Positions 27,380 through 36,805 of a stretch of 64,000 nt of DNA are shown piece by piece. Below the pieces are notes generated by a model. The model was not told the DNA's origin. It was given only the letters and a program-made list of their open reading frames with translations, and made no database searches. The stretch comes from a virus: positions 41,096 to 105,095 of the IMG/VR virus record IMGVR_UViG_3300032896_000001; one strand, 5' to 3'. The position numbers and the translations under genes are program-made. Positions within the stretch are counted from its first letter, which is position 1, and each line of letters begins with the position of its first letter.

Positions 27380-27673
27380 GTGATCATCACCGGCCAGGCG
27401 GCCGCGACCACCGCGGCGGCGGAACTGTGCGCCGTCCCCGAGGGGGCGTGCCTGATCACCTTCACGTCCGACCCGGCGAGCGCCGGCACCGCGTACATCA
27501 TCGGCCTCAGCCCCTCCGGGGGCGGCCAGTCGTCGTCGTCGCAGGGCCTGCCGCTGGCCGCGGGCGGCACCGTCACCACCGCGACGTACGGCACCTCGAA
27601 GGGCACGACGCTGCAGGTCGCCTGCGCGACGGGAACCGCCGTCGTCGGCTACCTGATCAGCACATACAACTGA
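27380..27673 (+). CDS. Small virion-like protein
   Basis: GGAGG RBS; beta-rich. Confidence 0.55.
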   Translation: MIITGQAAATTAAAELCAVPEGACLITFTSDPASAGTAYIIGLSPSGGGQSSSSQGLPLAAGGTVTTATYGTSKGTTLQVACATGTAVVGYLISTYN

Positions 27674-27720
27674 CCCGGGCCGGACGGCGCCGCCCGGGAC
27701 GACAGGAAAGGGGGCCGTTC

Positions 27721-27969
27721 GTGGACGGCGAGACGCGGGACCAATTCCGGGAGCGGATGCGCTCCATCGGGTTCATGGCCGGAGGCCGGACCCGGGACAA
27801 GGTGGCGACGATCACCCGCCCGGAGGACGACCCCGGGGCGGACGCCGGCCAGCGGGCGAAGCAGGTCACCGACGAGCTCGGCACCGTCATCACCGAGTCC
27901 GACAACCGGCAGGACGTCAACATCCACCCGGTGACGCACGTCGCCGAGATCAGCATGCTAGGAGACTGA
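27721..27969 (+). CDS. Hypothetical protein
   Basis: RBS; coherent 82-aa ORF. Confidence 0.5.
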   Translation: MDGETRDQFRERMRSIGFMAGGRTRDKVATITRPEDDPGADAGQRAKQVTDELGTVITESDNRQDVNIHPVTHVAEISMLGD

Positions 27970-27975
27970 TAGCAG

Positions 27976-28515
27976 ATGGCCTGGTCCAGCTCCGGCGAGT
28001 CCGGATTCTTCATCGCCACCATGATCGCCGGGCTGACAGCGGCGACCCAGACCGGCACTCCCACCGCGATCAACATCAACGAGAGCTCGGAGCAGAACCT
28101 GAGCCTCGTCTCCGGGTCGGCGGTCAGCTACACCAACGCGCCGCTCCAGTACGGCGCCGCCGCCCCCGGGTGGACGAACGCCGACGAGGTCACAGGCACC
28201 GGCTGGAGCACCGGCGGCGTCCTGCTCTCAACTGCCACCTCCACCAACGGCGACGTTGTGCCCACCACGACCATCACCGGCTCCGGGCCCTATGTTCTGA
28301 CGTACAGCTGGACGCACGCGCTGAGCGTGGCGAGCACGACGCTGACAGGCATCTACGGGTGCCTGATCTACTTCCCGAACATCACCGCAGGGGTCGCGTC
28401 GAAGCCGGAGATGCTCGCGCTGTACTTCGGCAACACCGCCTACAACACGGTCAACGGCACGTTCGGCATCACCCCGTCCGGGTCGGGCCTCGCCGCCCTC
28501 ACCCTGACCGCGTAG
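27976..28515 (+). CDS. Virion structural protein
   Basis: EVTGTGWSTGG...NGTFGITPSGSG, common in actinophage minor structural proteins. Confidence 0.6.
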   Translation: MAWSSSGESGFFIATMIAGLTAATQTGTPTAININESSEQNLSLVSGSAVSYTNAPLQYGAAAPGWTNADEVTGTGWSTGGVLLSTATSTNGDVVPTTTITGSGPYVLTYSWTHALSVASTTLTGIYGCLIYFPNITAGVASKPEMLALYFGNTAYNTVNGTFGITPSGSGLAALTLTA

Positions 28516-28525
28516 GGGGCGGGTC

Positions 28526-29155
28526 ATGGCATCGCAGAACTGGGTGGCGCTCCTCAACCCGGGCATCACGCCGACCGGGCCGGGCGTCACGTTCACGGAG
28601 TCCGCCACCACCGCGGTCCTGTCCCCGCAGCTATCGGGGTCTGCGGCCGATTACGCGGTCGTGAACGCGGCCGGGCAGCCGTATGGCTGGCAGGTCGGCA
28701 CCCTGCTGCGGGTGACGGCCCGCGGGTGGATCACGACCAGCACGACCACGGGCACGCTGACGATCTTCCTGCGCGCGAACAAGGGCAACGCCGGGTCGAC
28801 GTTCGTCACCCTGGCCACGCCGAACGGGATCACGACCGGCGCCACCGCCGTCACCGGCATCCAGTTCAAGCTGGAGGCGATGATCCGGTGCACGGCGGTC
28901 GCCAGCTCCGGGAGCACGCTGAGCACGCAGGGCGAATTGAACCTGTTCAACAACCTCGCGGCGGTGGCCGCCAACCCGATCGCGCTGTCAGCGTCACCGC
29001 CGCCCGGCTTCGCGCTGCCGATGCCGAACATCTCGGGCGAGACGGCGGCGGCCGTCGACACGACCCAGGCGCAGGGCATCGAGCTCGCCGCCACCGGCAC
29101 GGCGGCGTCGGGGACGATCGCGTGCACGCAGTGGCTCGTCGAGCTGCTCGACTAG
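28526..29155 (+). CDS. Virion structural protein
   Basis: Beta-rich; G..LRVTARG, VDTT motifs. Confidence 0.55.
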   Translation: MASQNWVALLNPGITPTGPGVTFTESATTAVLSPQLSGSAADYAVVNAAGQPYGWQVGTLLRVTARGWITTSTTTGTLTIFLRANKGNAGSTFVTLATPNGITTGATAVTGIQFKLEAMIRCTAVASSGSTLSTQGELNLFNNLAAVAANPIALSASPPPGFALPMPNISGETAAAVDTTQAQGIELAATGTAASGTIACTQWLVELLD

Positions 29156-29183
29156 ACGGGCCGGGGCACTAGGGAGGGTTCGG

Positions 29184-29369
29184 ATGGGTCGCGAGGTTCC
29201 CGCGGTGACGGCCGTCATCAGGATGCAGCCGAGCCCCGTGGAGATCTACGCGTGCGCCGCCCACGTCATGGCCACCATCCGCGAGCTCGGCGGGAAAGAC
29301 CTCGGCCTGCGCCCGGCGGACCCCGGCATCCACGGGTGCAAGGGCTGCTGGGATGACTGGCCGGCCTGA
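29184..29369 (+). CDS. Small hypothetical protein
   Basis: GGAGG RBS; TGATG coupling. Confidence 0.4.
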   Translation: MGREVPAVTAVIRMQPSPVEIYACAAHVMATIRELGGKDLGLRPADPGIHGCKGCWDDWPA

Positions 29370-31915
29370 TGGCGTCGGTCGTCCAGTCGGCGATCATCAA
29401 CCAGTCCGGCAGCAGCTGGTCGGGGTCGTTCGGCTCTAACGTCACCGCCGGCTCCTCGGTCGTGCTGCTCGCGACCGCCGCGAACAGCACGACCGCCATG
29501 TCGAGCTCCGCGCCGACGTTCAACGGGGCGTCGGTCGCCGGGTCATCCCAGCTGTGGTCGGAGAACTTCGGCGCGAGCAGCATCGCCTACTCCACCGGCT
29601 GGCTGATGCCCAACGTCGCCGGCGGGTCGGCCGCCGTCGGGCTGACCGTGACCAACGGCACCAACTTCGGCAGCGGCGCGACCGGCACGTGGGGCATCGA
29701 GGTGGCCGCGCTCGGCGCGAGCCCGACCACGGTGGCCGCCGCGGCGGCGGGCGGCTCCAGCGCGGCGTTCAGCTCGGGGGCCACCGGCAGCGCCACGGGC
29801 ACGGGCATCGCCGTCGCCTGCTGCGTGGGATTCGGGCAGACCGTCGCGCAGTCGGGCGGCGGCTGGACGAACCTCACCCAGATGTCCAGTGATTTCGGCA
29901 TCTGCGGGTACCAGCTCGTCAGCAGCGGCACCGTCACCTACGCCGGCACGCTGAGCACGGGCAACTGGGCTGTCGGGGCGACGATCATCCTGGCGACGCC
30001 GGCCGCCGCCTCCCAGGCCGTCGCGTACCCGGTGGCGCTCCCGCCGGGCCGCAGCTCGCCGATGGCCTTCCCGTGGACGCCGGCGCCCTTGCCGGTGCAG
30101 CCGCCGTACGGGGTCGGCGCCACCGCCACCACCGCGGTCCTCGCCGGCTCGGCGTCCTTCCCCTCGCCGTCGGTCGAGGCCGACGAGAACCTGACCACCA
30201 CCGTCCTCGCCTGCTCCGCCTCGTTCCCGGCGCCGATGGTGAGCGCGGGCGAGACCGCCACGCCGTCCGTCCTGGCCGGGTCCGCGAGCTTCCCGGCCGC
30301 CACGGTGACTGCGGGCGCCACGATCACGCCCGCGACGCTGTCGGCGTCGGTCGCGTTCCCCGCCGCCGCGGTGACGACCGGCGAGACCGTCACGACCGTC
30401 GTGCTGGCGGCCTCCGCCGGCTTCCCGGCGCCGTCGCTGCGCGCCGACGAGATCCTCACGACGTCCGTGCTCGCCGGCGCGATCGCGCTGCCGCCCCCGG
30501 CGGTCAGCGCCGGCGAGACCGTCACCACGACACTGCTGCCGGGGTCCGCCTCCTTCGCCGCGCCGGCGATCAGCGCCGGCGAGACCGTCACCGCGGCGGT
30601 TCTGGCCGGATCGGCGTCCTTCCCCGCCCCGGGGGTCGGCGCGGGCTCCGGGGCCTCGCCGTCCGCGCTTCCCTGCGCCGTGTCGTTCCCCGCCCCGACG
30701 GTCACCGCGGGCGGCGGAGCCGCCGTCACGCCCGCGGCCCTGGACGGCGCCGCCTCGTTCGCCTCGCCGGGCATCCGCGCCGACGCGAACCTGACCGCCG
30801 CGACCCTGACGTGCGGCGTCGCCTTTCCCGCCGCCGGGCTCCGCGCGGACGTGAACCTGACCAGCGTCCTGCTGGCAGGGTCCGCCGCCTTCCCGGCCGT
30901 CACGATCGGCGCCGGCGAGACAGTCACCCCTTCCCCCATGGACGGCTCGGCAGCGTTCCCGGGGCCTGCGGTCGGCGCGGGCAGCGTCGCCGCCCCCGCC
31001 GCCCTGGCGGCCAGCGCCGCCTTCCCCGCGGCCACGGTGGCAGCAGGGTCGGGCGCCACGGCATCAGCGCTGGCCTGTTCGGCCTCGTTCCCGGCGGCCG
31101 CCGTGTCCGCAGGCTCGGGCGCCGCACCCGCCGCGCTCGCAGGGGCAGCCGCGTTCCCCGCGGGGAGCTTCCGCGCGGACGCGAACCTCACGGCCGCCCT
31201 GCTGCAATGCGCGGCCGCGTTCCCCGTCCCGTCGATCTCCGCCGGGGGCAGCGCCACCGTCGCCCCGGCCGTCCTGGCCGCCGGCTCCGCGTTCCCCGCC
31301 CCGGCGCTCTCCTCGGGCGAGACCGCCGCCGCCGGCCCGCTGACCGCAAGCGCATCATTCCCCGCGCCCGCGCCGGCCGCCGGGTCCGGCGTCGCCCCGG
31401 GCGCGCTGAGCGGCACCGCCGGATTCCCCGCCCCGCAAATCAGCGCAGGCGAGACCGTCACCCCGGCCGCACTCGCCGGCGCCGTGTCGTTCCCCGCCCC
31501 GACTGTCTCAACCGGGTCGGGGGAGACCATCATCCCGGCGCCCCTGGCCGGCTCCGTCTCGTTCCCCGCCGCCGTCACGGGCGCGGGCGCGACGGTCACC
31601 GCCGGCGTCCTGCCCGGCGCCGCGGCGTTCCCTGCGGCCGGGCCGACCGCCGGGACGGTCATCACCCCGGTGGCGCTCAGCGGGACCGCGGGCTTCCCGG
31701 CGACCGCCGTCACCACCGGGTCCGCCGTCATCCCCGCCGCGATGACCGGCTCGGCCGCGTTCCCCCCGCCGGATGTCACCGGCGGGGCGGGCGTCGGGAT
31801 CGTCTTCACGGCACTCGCGTCCCGGCAGCTCTGGTCCGCCGGCCCCGCCCGGCAGCTCTGGTCATCGTCGGCCGCCCGGCAGCTGTGGTCCGCCTCCGCA
31901 TCCCGGAACACCTGA
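29369..31915 (+). CDS. Long repeat (fibre/solenoid) virion protein
   Basis: About 25 copies of a 22-24 aa unit centred on (S/A)FP(A/S)P. Confidence 0.75.
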   Translation: MASVVQSAIINQSGSSWSGSFGSNVTAGSSVVLLATAANSTTAMSSSAPTFNGASVAGSSQLWSENFGASSIAYSTGWLMPNVAGGSAAVGLTVTNGTNFGSGATGTWGIEVAALGASPTTVAAAAAGGSSAAFSSGATGSATGTGIAVACCVGFGQTVAQSGGGWTNLTQMSSDFGICGYQLVSSGTVTYAGTLSTGNWAVGATIILATPAAASQAVAYPVALPPGRSSPMAFPWTPAPLPVQPPYGVGATATTAVLAGSASFPSPSVEADENLTTTVLACSASFPAPMVSAGETATPSVLAGSASFPAATVTAGATITPATLSASVAFPAAAVTTGETVTTVVLAASAGFPAPSLRADEILTTSVLAGAIALPPPAVSAGETVTTTLLPGSASFAAPAISAGETVTAAVLAGSASFPAPGVGAGSGASPSALPCAVSFPAPTVTAGGGAAVTPAALDGAASFASPGIRADANLTAATLTCGVAFPAAGLRADVNLTSVLLAGSAAFPAVTIGAGETVTPSPMDGSAAFPGPAVGAGSVAAPAALAASAAFPAATVAAGSGATASALACSASFPAAAVSAGSGAAPAALAGAAAFPAGSFRADANLTAALLQCAAAFPVPSISAGGSATVAPAVLAAGSAFPAPALSSGETAAAGPLTASASFPAPAPAAGSGVAPGALSGTAGFPAPQISAGETVTPAALAGAVSFPAPTVSTGSGETIIPAPLAGSVSFPAAVTGAGATVTAGVLPGAAAFPAAGPTAGTVITPVALSGTAGFPATAVTTGSAVIPAAMTGSAAFPPPDVTGGAGVGIVFTALASRQLWSAGPARQLWSSSAARQLWSASASRNT

Positions 31916-31924
31916 GGAGGCGGC

Positions 31925-32263
31925 GTGCAGACGCTAACCCAGTCGGTGCTGAGCACCCAGTACGTGCAGACGCTGATCGCCGTCACCAGCGTCAGCGGCG
32001 ACTACGACCCGACCACCGACACGATCGCGTGGGCGTTCACCAGCGCGAACGCCTACCCGGCCGTCTCCCCGTCCGCCTGGACCGACGGCGAGTGGATCAC
32101 CTACCCCGGAGACCAGTGGTGGGCTCAGATCCTCGTCGGGCCGGCCGGGGCCGTCACCCTCGCCACCGGGACATGGCAGGCATGGGTAAAGATCAGCGAT
32201 TCACCCGAGGTCCCGGTATTGCAGCCGTTCCTGCTCCAGATCGTGTTATGGCGGAATTCGTGA
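31925..32263 (+). CDS. BppU-like baseplate/Ig-type protein
   Basis: W..G.W...ILVGP.G...GTWQAWVKI.DSPEVPV. Confidence 0.55.
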   Translation: MQTLTQSVLSTQYVQTLIAVTSVSGDYDPTTDTIAWAFTSANAYPAVSPSAWTDGEWITYPGDQWWAQILVGPAGAVTLATGTWQAWVKISDSPEVPVLQPFLLQIVLWRNS

Positions 32264-32356
32264 CCCGTTGACCGCTAGAATGTACGAATAAGGCCCCCGC
32301 GCCTGCGCTAACAGGCGCGAGGGGTAAAGCAAGCCAACCTGATCGGACAGGCTGAC

Positions 32357-33103
32357 ATGAGCAAGCGTAAGCCGCTCGAAGAACGGTTCTGGCCTAAGGT
32401 CGACAAGAATGGCCCCGTCCCCGAATACCGGCCCGACCTCGGCCCGTGCTGGGTGTGGACGGCATGCCTCGCTTACGGCTACGGCAAACTCACCGACGGC
32501 GGCAAGCACGGCGTGTCGCTGTCGGCCCACCGAGTCTCCTATGAGCTGCTTGTGGGCACGATTCCCGACGGCCTGGAGTTGGACCACCTGTGCCGCGTCC
32601 GGGCCTGCGTCAACCCCTTCCACCTTGAGCCGGTCACGCGGGCCGAGAATATGCGCCGGGCGATGGAGGCCAAGACCCACTGCGACAAGGGCCACCTGTT
32701 CGATGACGCGAATACGCGCTGGTATAGAGGCGGCCGACGATGCCGCACTTGCGACAGAGCCGCCGCCCGGGTTAAGCGGCAGCGGCCGGCCGTTCCCGGT
32801 ACCAGATCCACGTCGGTCACCGTGAAGCTGAGCGAAGCGGATGCGACGCTGATCGACACTGCCCGCGAGCGCCTGGGACGCCCAGCATGGATGCGCGCCG
32901 CAATGCTCGCGGCGGCCGAGGATGGCGCGAGCGCTCCCGGGAAGCGGGATCGGCAGGTTGAGGCGTTGCGAACCGTCCAGGTTCACATCCCGGCCGCCCC
33001 GGAAGAAATCGAGAAGATCGACGCCGCGCGGGGTGACGTGCTGCGCGGTGTCTGGATTCGCCGGGTCGCGGTCGCCGCAGCCCTCGCTCGTCACGCAGCA
33101 TAG
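32357..33103 (+). CDS. HNH endonuclease with C-terminal RHH-like repeats
   Basis: RFWPKVDK..CW.WT..AHR..LDHLC..CVNP.HL; KTHC.KGH; two RHH-like tails. Confidence 0.85.
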   Translation: MSKRKPLEERFWPKVDKNGPVPEYRPDLGPCWVWTACLAYGYGKLTDGGKHGVSLSAHRVSYELLVGTIPDGLELDHLCRVRACVNPFHLEPVTRAENMRRAMEAKTHCDKGHLFDDANTRWYRGGRRCRTCDRAAARVKRQRPAVPGTRSTSVTVKLSEADATLIDTARERLGRPAWMRAAMLAAAEDGASAPGKRDRQVEALRTVQVHIPAAPEEIEKIDAARGDVLRGVWIRRVAVAAALARHAA

Positions 33104-33123
33104 CCTCGCAAACTCTCAGATCC

Positions 33124-33155
33124 AAAGCCCCCGGCACTTACCTGCCGGGGGCTTT
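33124..33155. terminator. Intrinsic terminator
   Basis: aaagcccccggca-cttacc-tgccgggggcttt. Confidence 0.7.
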
Positions 33156-33176
33156 CCCATTGCCCAGGAGGCCTCC

Positions 33177-34070
33177 TTGACCACTCCCGCCCGCGTCCCC
33201 GGCAAGCGGGGCAGGCTCCCCGCCAAGCGCCTGGCTATGGGCTACCTGCACTCGTACCTCAAGGCCCCGCTTCCCGCCCCGGCCTACCCGGTCGACGTCC
33301 GCGCGGGCATCCCGGACGGAAATTGGCAGATGCTCGGCAACGGACCCGACCCGACGTGCACGGTCGCGCCCGAGGGCGTCGGCGACTGCACGTTCGCCGG
33401 CCGCCAGCACTACCGCATGGCGAAGGCCGCCCACTACGGCGAGACGGAGACCTGGGAGACCAGCAACGCGCTCGTCGAGGAATACCTCGCCTACGACGAC
33501 GGCCAGGACGGGGGCGCAGTAATCGCGGACCTTCTCCTGTCCTGGTACAAGGCGGGCACGATCCTTGCGTTCGCCCCGGTCGACCACACCGACCCGGCGG
33601 CGGTCGACTCGGCGATGCAGGAGTTCAAGGGCGTCTACGCCGGCGTCAACCTCACCGACGACGCCGACCAGCTGTTCAGCGACGGCCAGCCGTGGACGAC
33701 CGCGAACGGCGAGCAGCCCGACCCGAACGACGGGCACTGCATCGTCAAGGTCTACGCCGACGGCAAGGACTCCGACGGGTGGGTTACGTGGGGCGCCTAC
33801 CAGCAGTCCACCAGCGGGTGGACGAAGGCGTGCCTCACCGAGGCGTGGGCGATCATCACCAGCGAGGATGAGGCGGCCAAGGTCGACATGACCTCCCTCC
33901 TCGCCGACATCGAGGCACTCGGCGGAACCGAGCCCGTGACGCCGACTCCGGCCCCCTCGCCCGCGCCTGTTCCCGGGCCTGACCACAAGAGCCTCCTTGC
34001 CGAGCTCGCAGCCATCGTCCGGGAGGACGCCGCCAAAGCGGTCGCCTGGCTCCACTCCAAGGGCCTCTAA
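33177..34070 (+). CDS. Papain-like cysteine peptidase
   Basis: MLGN...GDCTFAG (Cys), GHCI (His), VTWG; TTG after GGAGG. Confidence 0.65.
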   Translation: MTTPARVPGKRGRLPAKRLAMGYLHSYLKAPLPAPAYPVDVRAGIPDGNWQMLGNGPDPTCTVAPEGVGDCTFAGRQHYRMAKAAHYGETETWETSNALVEEYLAYDDGQDGGAVIADLLLSWYKAGTILAFAPVDHTDPAAVDSAMQEFKGVYAGVNLTDDADQLFSDGQPWTTANGEQPDPNDGHCIVKVYADGKDSDGWVTWGAYQQSTSGWTKACLTEAWAIITSEDEAAKVDMTSLLADIEALGGTEPVTPTPAPSPAPVPGPDHKSLLAELAAIVREDAAKAVAWLHSKGL

Positions 34071-34145
34071 GCCCCCCAAGCTCTCACCGGCTCAAGCCCC
34101 GGCCGTCCGGTCGCGGGCTCTTTTCATCCACGGAAAGGCAAGCAA

Positions 34146-34403
34146 ATGACAACTCCCGCTCCCGTCCCCGCCCCGCCCGTCTCCGAGCCGCACGGTTTCG
34201 TGGATTGGCTCCGCGACCACCTGGTCCCCGACTTCAAGGAGATCGAGGCCGACGCCGAGAAGGCCCGCACGGTCATCCCGCTCGTCGAGGCTTACCTCCC
34301 GAAGATCACCGCCGCGGCCGAGGCCGACCCCGCGATCGCCGCCGCGATCGCGCCTCTCGTGAAGGAAGCGACGGAGATCCTGGCGGTGCTCGCCGGGCTG
34401 TAA
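34146..34403 (+). CDS. Hypothetical protein, last late gene
   Basis: GGAAAGG RBS. Confidence 0.6.
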   Translation: MTTPAPVPAPPVSEPHGFVDWLRDHLVPDFKEIEADAEKARTVIPLVEAYLPKITAAAEADPAIAAAIAPLVKEATEILAVLAGL

Positions 34404-34452
34404 GCTCTCACGAGAACGGCCGCCGGGTTCACGAAACCAGGACGCCGAAGCG

Positions 34453-34491
34453 AAGCGCCTCGCCGCCCCTAGTGGGTGGCGAGGCGCTTTT
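34453..34491 (+). terminator. Terminator ending late operon
   Basis: aagcgcctcgcc...ggcgaggcgctttt. Confidence 0.75.
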
Positions 34492-34501
34492 CGCGTGCCC
34501 G

Positions 34502-34546
34502 GAAACAACAGCGCCCCGCCTTCCCGTGAAGGGACGGCGGGGCGCT
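34502..34546 (-). terminator. Terminator downstream of tRNA-like RNA
   Basis: agcgccccgcc...ggcggggcgct followed by gttgttt on minus strand. Confidence 0.7.
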
Positions 34547-34556
34547 CGACGTGTTC

Positions 34557-34634
34557 GCCCTGACGGCTGGAGTCTAACCAGCGATCACCCGGAAGCAAGA
34601 GCCAGGCCGCACTATCGCGCGCGCACGCCGGGGC
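34557..34634 (-). ncRNA. tRNA-like RNA (non-canonical cloverleaf)
   Basis: GCCCCGGCG-TG-CGCG/TGCG D arm-G-CCTGG/CCGGG with 9-nt loop-TGATC-GCTGG TTAGACT CCAGC-CGTCAGGGC; TATAGT -10 at 34649-34644. Confidence 0.65.
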
Positions 34635-34657
34635 TTGGCGCCAACTATAGCGGGCGC

Positions 34658-36080
34658 TCACGTGGTGCCGAGGTAATTCCCGGCAGCGTCCTTGACGGGC
34701 AGCGCCCCGGCGACGATCCCGCCCGGGACCTCCATGCCCGCCAGGTCCGGTCGCAGGCCCTTCCCGGAGAACGCCCCCGCCCGCCGCAGCAAGGCCGCCC
34801 ATGACGGGTCGGAGATCTCCACCCCATGGACAAGCTCGGGCGTCGGCGTGAACTCCGCGACGGCCCCCGTGGCGCGGGGCGCGGTCCATCCCCGCGTGCC
34901 GGGGTCGACGCCCATTTCCGCGCAGGCGGCCTCGACGTCGGCGCGCGTGCAGCGCGCAGTGCCGTCGATGACGTCCCACGGCATCGGCAGGAACGCCCAC
35001 ACCTTCGTGTCGGGGTCCACGTCGCCGCCGCTCGATCGATGCCACCAGACGAGGTCGGCCGCCATCAGGCGCATAACCTTACCGGGCAGGAACGGCTCGA
35101 GCAGAGCCTCCGCGCCCGACGCGACCGCGCAGTTCAGCCAGCCGGCGCGGGCCGCGTTGTACGCCTGCGCCATCGTGTTCCACGTCGAGGAGTCCATGCC
35201 CCGGCGGACGATCATCGACAGGCGGTTCACGCCCTCCGGCCAAGCCCCCCGGAGCTCGGCCGAGGTCTCCCGCATGACCGACCACCAGCGGCCCGTCAGC
35301 GCGCCCCGCTGCTCATCCGATAGTCGCTCGAGAACTTCGGGCCTCGGGTGCGCCATGGCCAGGATCTCGAAGTCCGCGTCCCGTGATGCGAGGACGTGGC
35401 GGAGCATGATGTCCGCCGCCTGGTCGATCGGGTTCTCCTTCGACGCGAGCGTGAACAGGCGGCGCCTGTTCCGCCGCGAGGCGAGGTAGGCGATGAAGCA
35501 CGCCGACGCCGGGTCGGCCGCGAACCGCCCGGGCGGGATGTCGCAGGTGAATCCGGAGCGGCCGATGAGGATCAGCCGCCGGAGATGCTGGGCGCGCTCC
35601 ATCCGCGCGCACTTGCCCTCGAGGTTCCGCAGGACCCGGATGCGGCGGTTGTAGCCGCGCCGCGACTTGAGCGCGGGAAGCTCAACCCGGTGCTCGGCGA
35701 GAGCCCCGTAAAGGGAGGCGCGGCCCGCCCGGTCGAGGCGGTCGGCCTTCCAGTCGTCGCCCCACTGCCATCCGCCGACGACGTGCCCCATCCCGGCGAT
35801 GAAGCCGCGCACCTGCCCCGGGTCGGCGGGATCGATGCCCTCGCCGCCGAAGCCGAACACCCGGGCCGCCGAGGCGAGCTGAGCCGAGCAGTCGCCCGGC
35901 CGCTCGAAGTCGTCCGGCATCGACGAGTACCGCCACGCCGGCCGGGCGGCGGCGACCCGCTGAAGCTCGTGCTTCAGCCCTGACGGCCACGCCCTGTTCC
36001 CCGCGAGGATGATCCGCGCCACGTCCTCCGGCATCGCCCCGCTTGTCGAGGGTGCCGTGCAACTCTTCCAGCCAGCCCAT
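34658..36080 (-). CDS. Conserved unknown alpha-helical protein (~470 aa), apparent 1-nt frameshift near 36040
   Basis: GGGAG RBS before ATG 36080 (MGWLEELHGTLDKR) joins MPEDVARI if one G is removed; long coherent ORF. Confidence 0.7.
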
Positions 36081-36178
36081 GCCTTCGATTCTCCCTGCCG
36101 TCGCTAACGGTTTTCCGGGTGCGGGACGCTGTGCGCGCCCCTATGCTCTCCACTGCCGCTGTAATTGACGATGCGCTC

Positions 36179-36222
36179 CCCGCCCCCTCGCCAGCCGATG
36201 GTTCCGGCGGGCGAGGGGGCGG
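36179..36222. terminator. Hairpin/terminator
   Basis: ccgccccctcgcc...gggcgagggggcgg. Confidence 0.55.
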
Positions 36223-36238
36223 CTCTGCGTTTCCGGGG

Positions 36239-36745
36239 TCAGACCTCCATCGCCCTCGGCGCGCCGAGTGAGGTGTCGGAGAGCATCGCGGCGAGTTGGT
36301 CGCCCATGGCCGTCTCGGCGGGCCGGATCTCCCCGCGGCTCACCCGGTCGATCGCCTCCTGCCAGCGGGCGCTCGTGTCGACCGGGTCGACGGCGATCCG
36401 GTCGAGGGCCTCGCGGTGTGCCTCGGGGACCCGGAACCGGAAGGTCAGGTACGTGGCGTCGAGCGTGTCGTCGGCGTCTCGCAGGTACAGGGGATGAGCG
36501 GCGAGCGCCTCGTTGCAGGCGGCGTAGCAGGACTCCGGGGCGTGGGCGGTGCCGTCCTCCGCGCAGCAGCACTCCCGGTACGGGCCCCCGGTGCGGGTGT
36601 AGACCGCGATCACGAGGCCGTAGGCCGTCCGCTCCACCCAAATATCGCGGAAACGCTGAACCACCGGGCTCCCGAGGACGGGCAGCAGCAGCGCCGCCCG
36701 CTCGTCCTGGCGGCCGTCCGCGACCGCTATCTCATACAGGGACAT
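36239..36745 (-). CDS. Hypothetical phage protein
   Basis: RFRD...VYTRTGG..R...HPLY..D.DD..D.TY..F.F conserved-looking motif. Confidence 0.65.
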   Translation of the reverse strand: MSLYEIAVADGRQDERAALLLPVLGSPVVQRFRDIWVERTAYGLVIAVYTRTGGPYRECCCAEDGTAHAPESCYAACNEALAAHPLYLRDADDTLDATYLTFRFRVPEAHREALDRIAVDPVDTSARWQEAIDRVSRGEIRPAETAMGDQLAAMLSDTSLGAPRAMEV

Positions 36746-36805
36746 CTGCTCGTCCGTTCCTTCGTCGTCGTCTTCGGCCGGAACGCCGGCCGGGTCGGGG
36801 CTGTT

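Noticed and set aside
29938-31986. 682-aa antisense repeat ORF
   Set aside because: Mirror of the FPAP repeat protein
34557-34634. Canonical tRNA-Lys or tRNA-Gln call
   Set aside because: 9-nt anticodon loop, no D-loop GG and no CCA; reported as tRNA-like ncRNA instead
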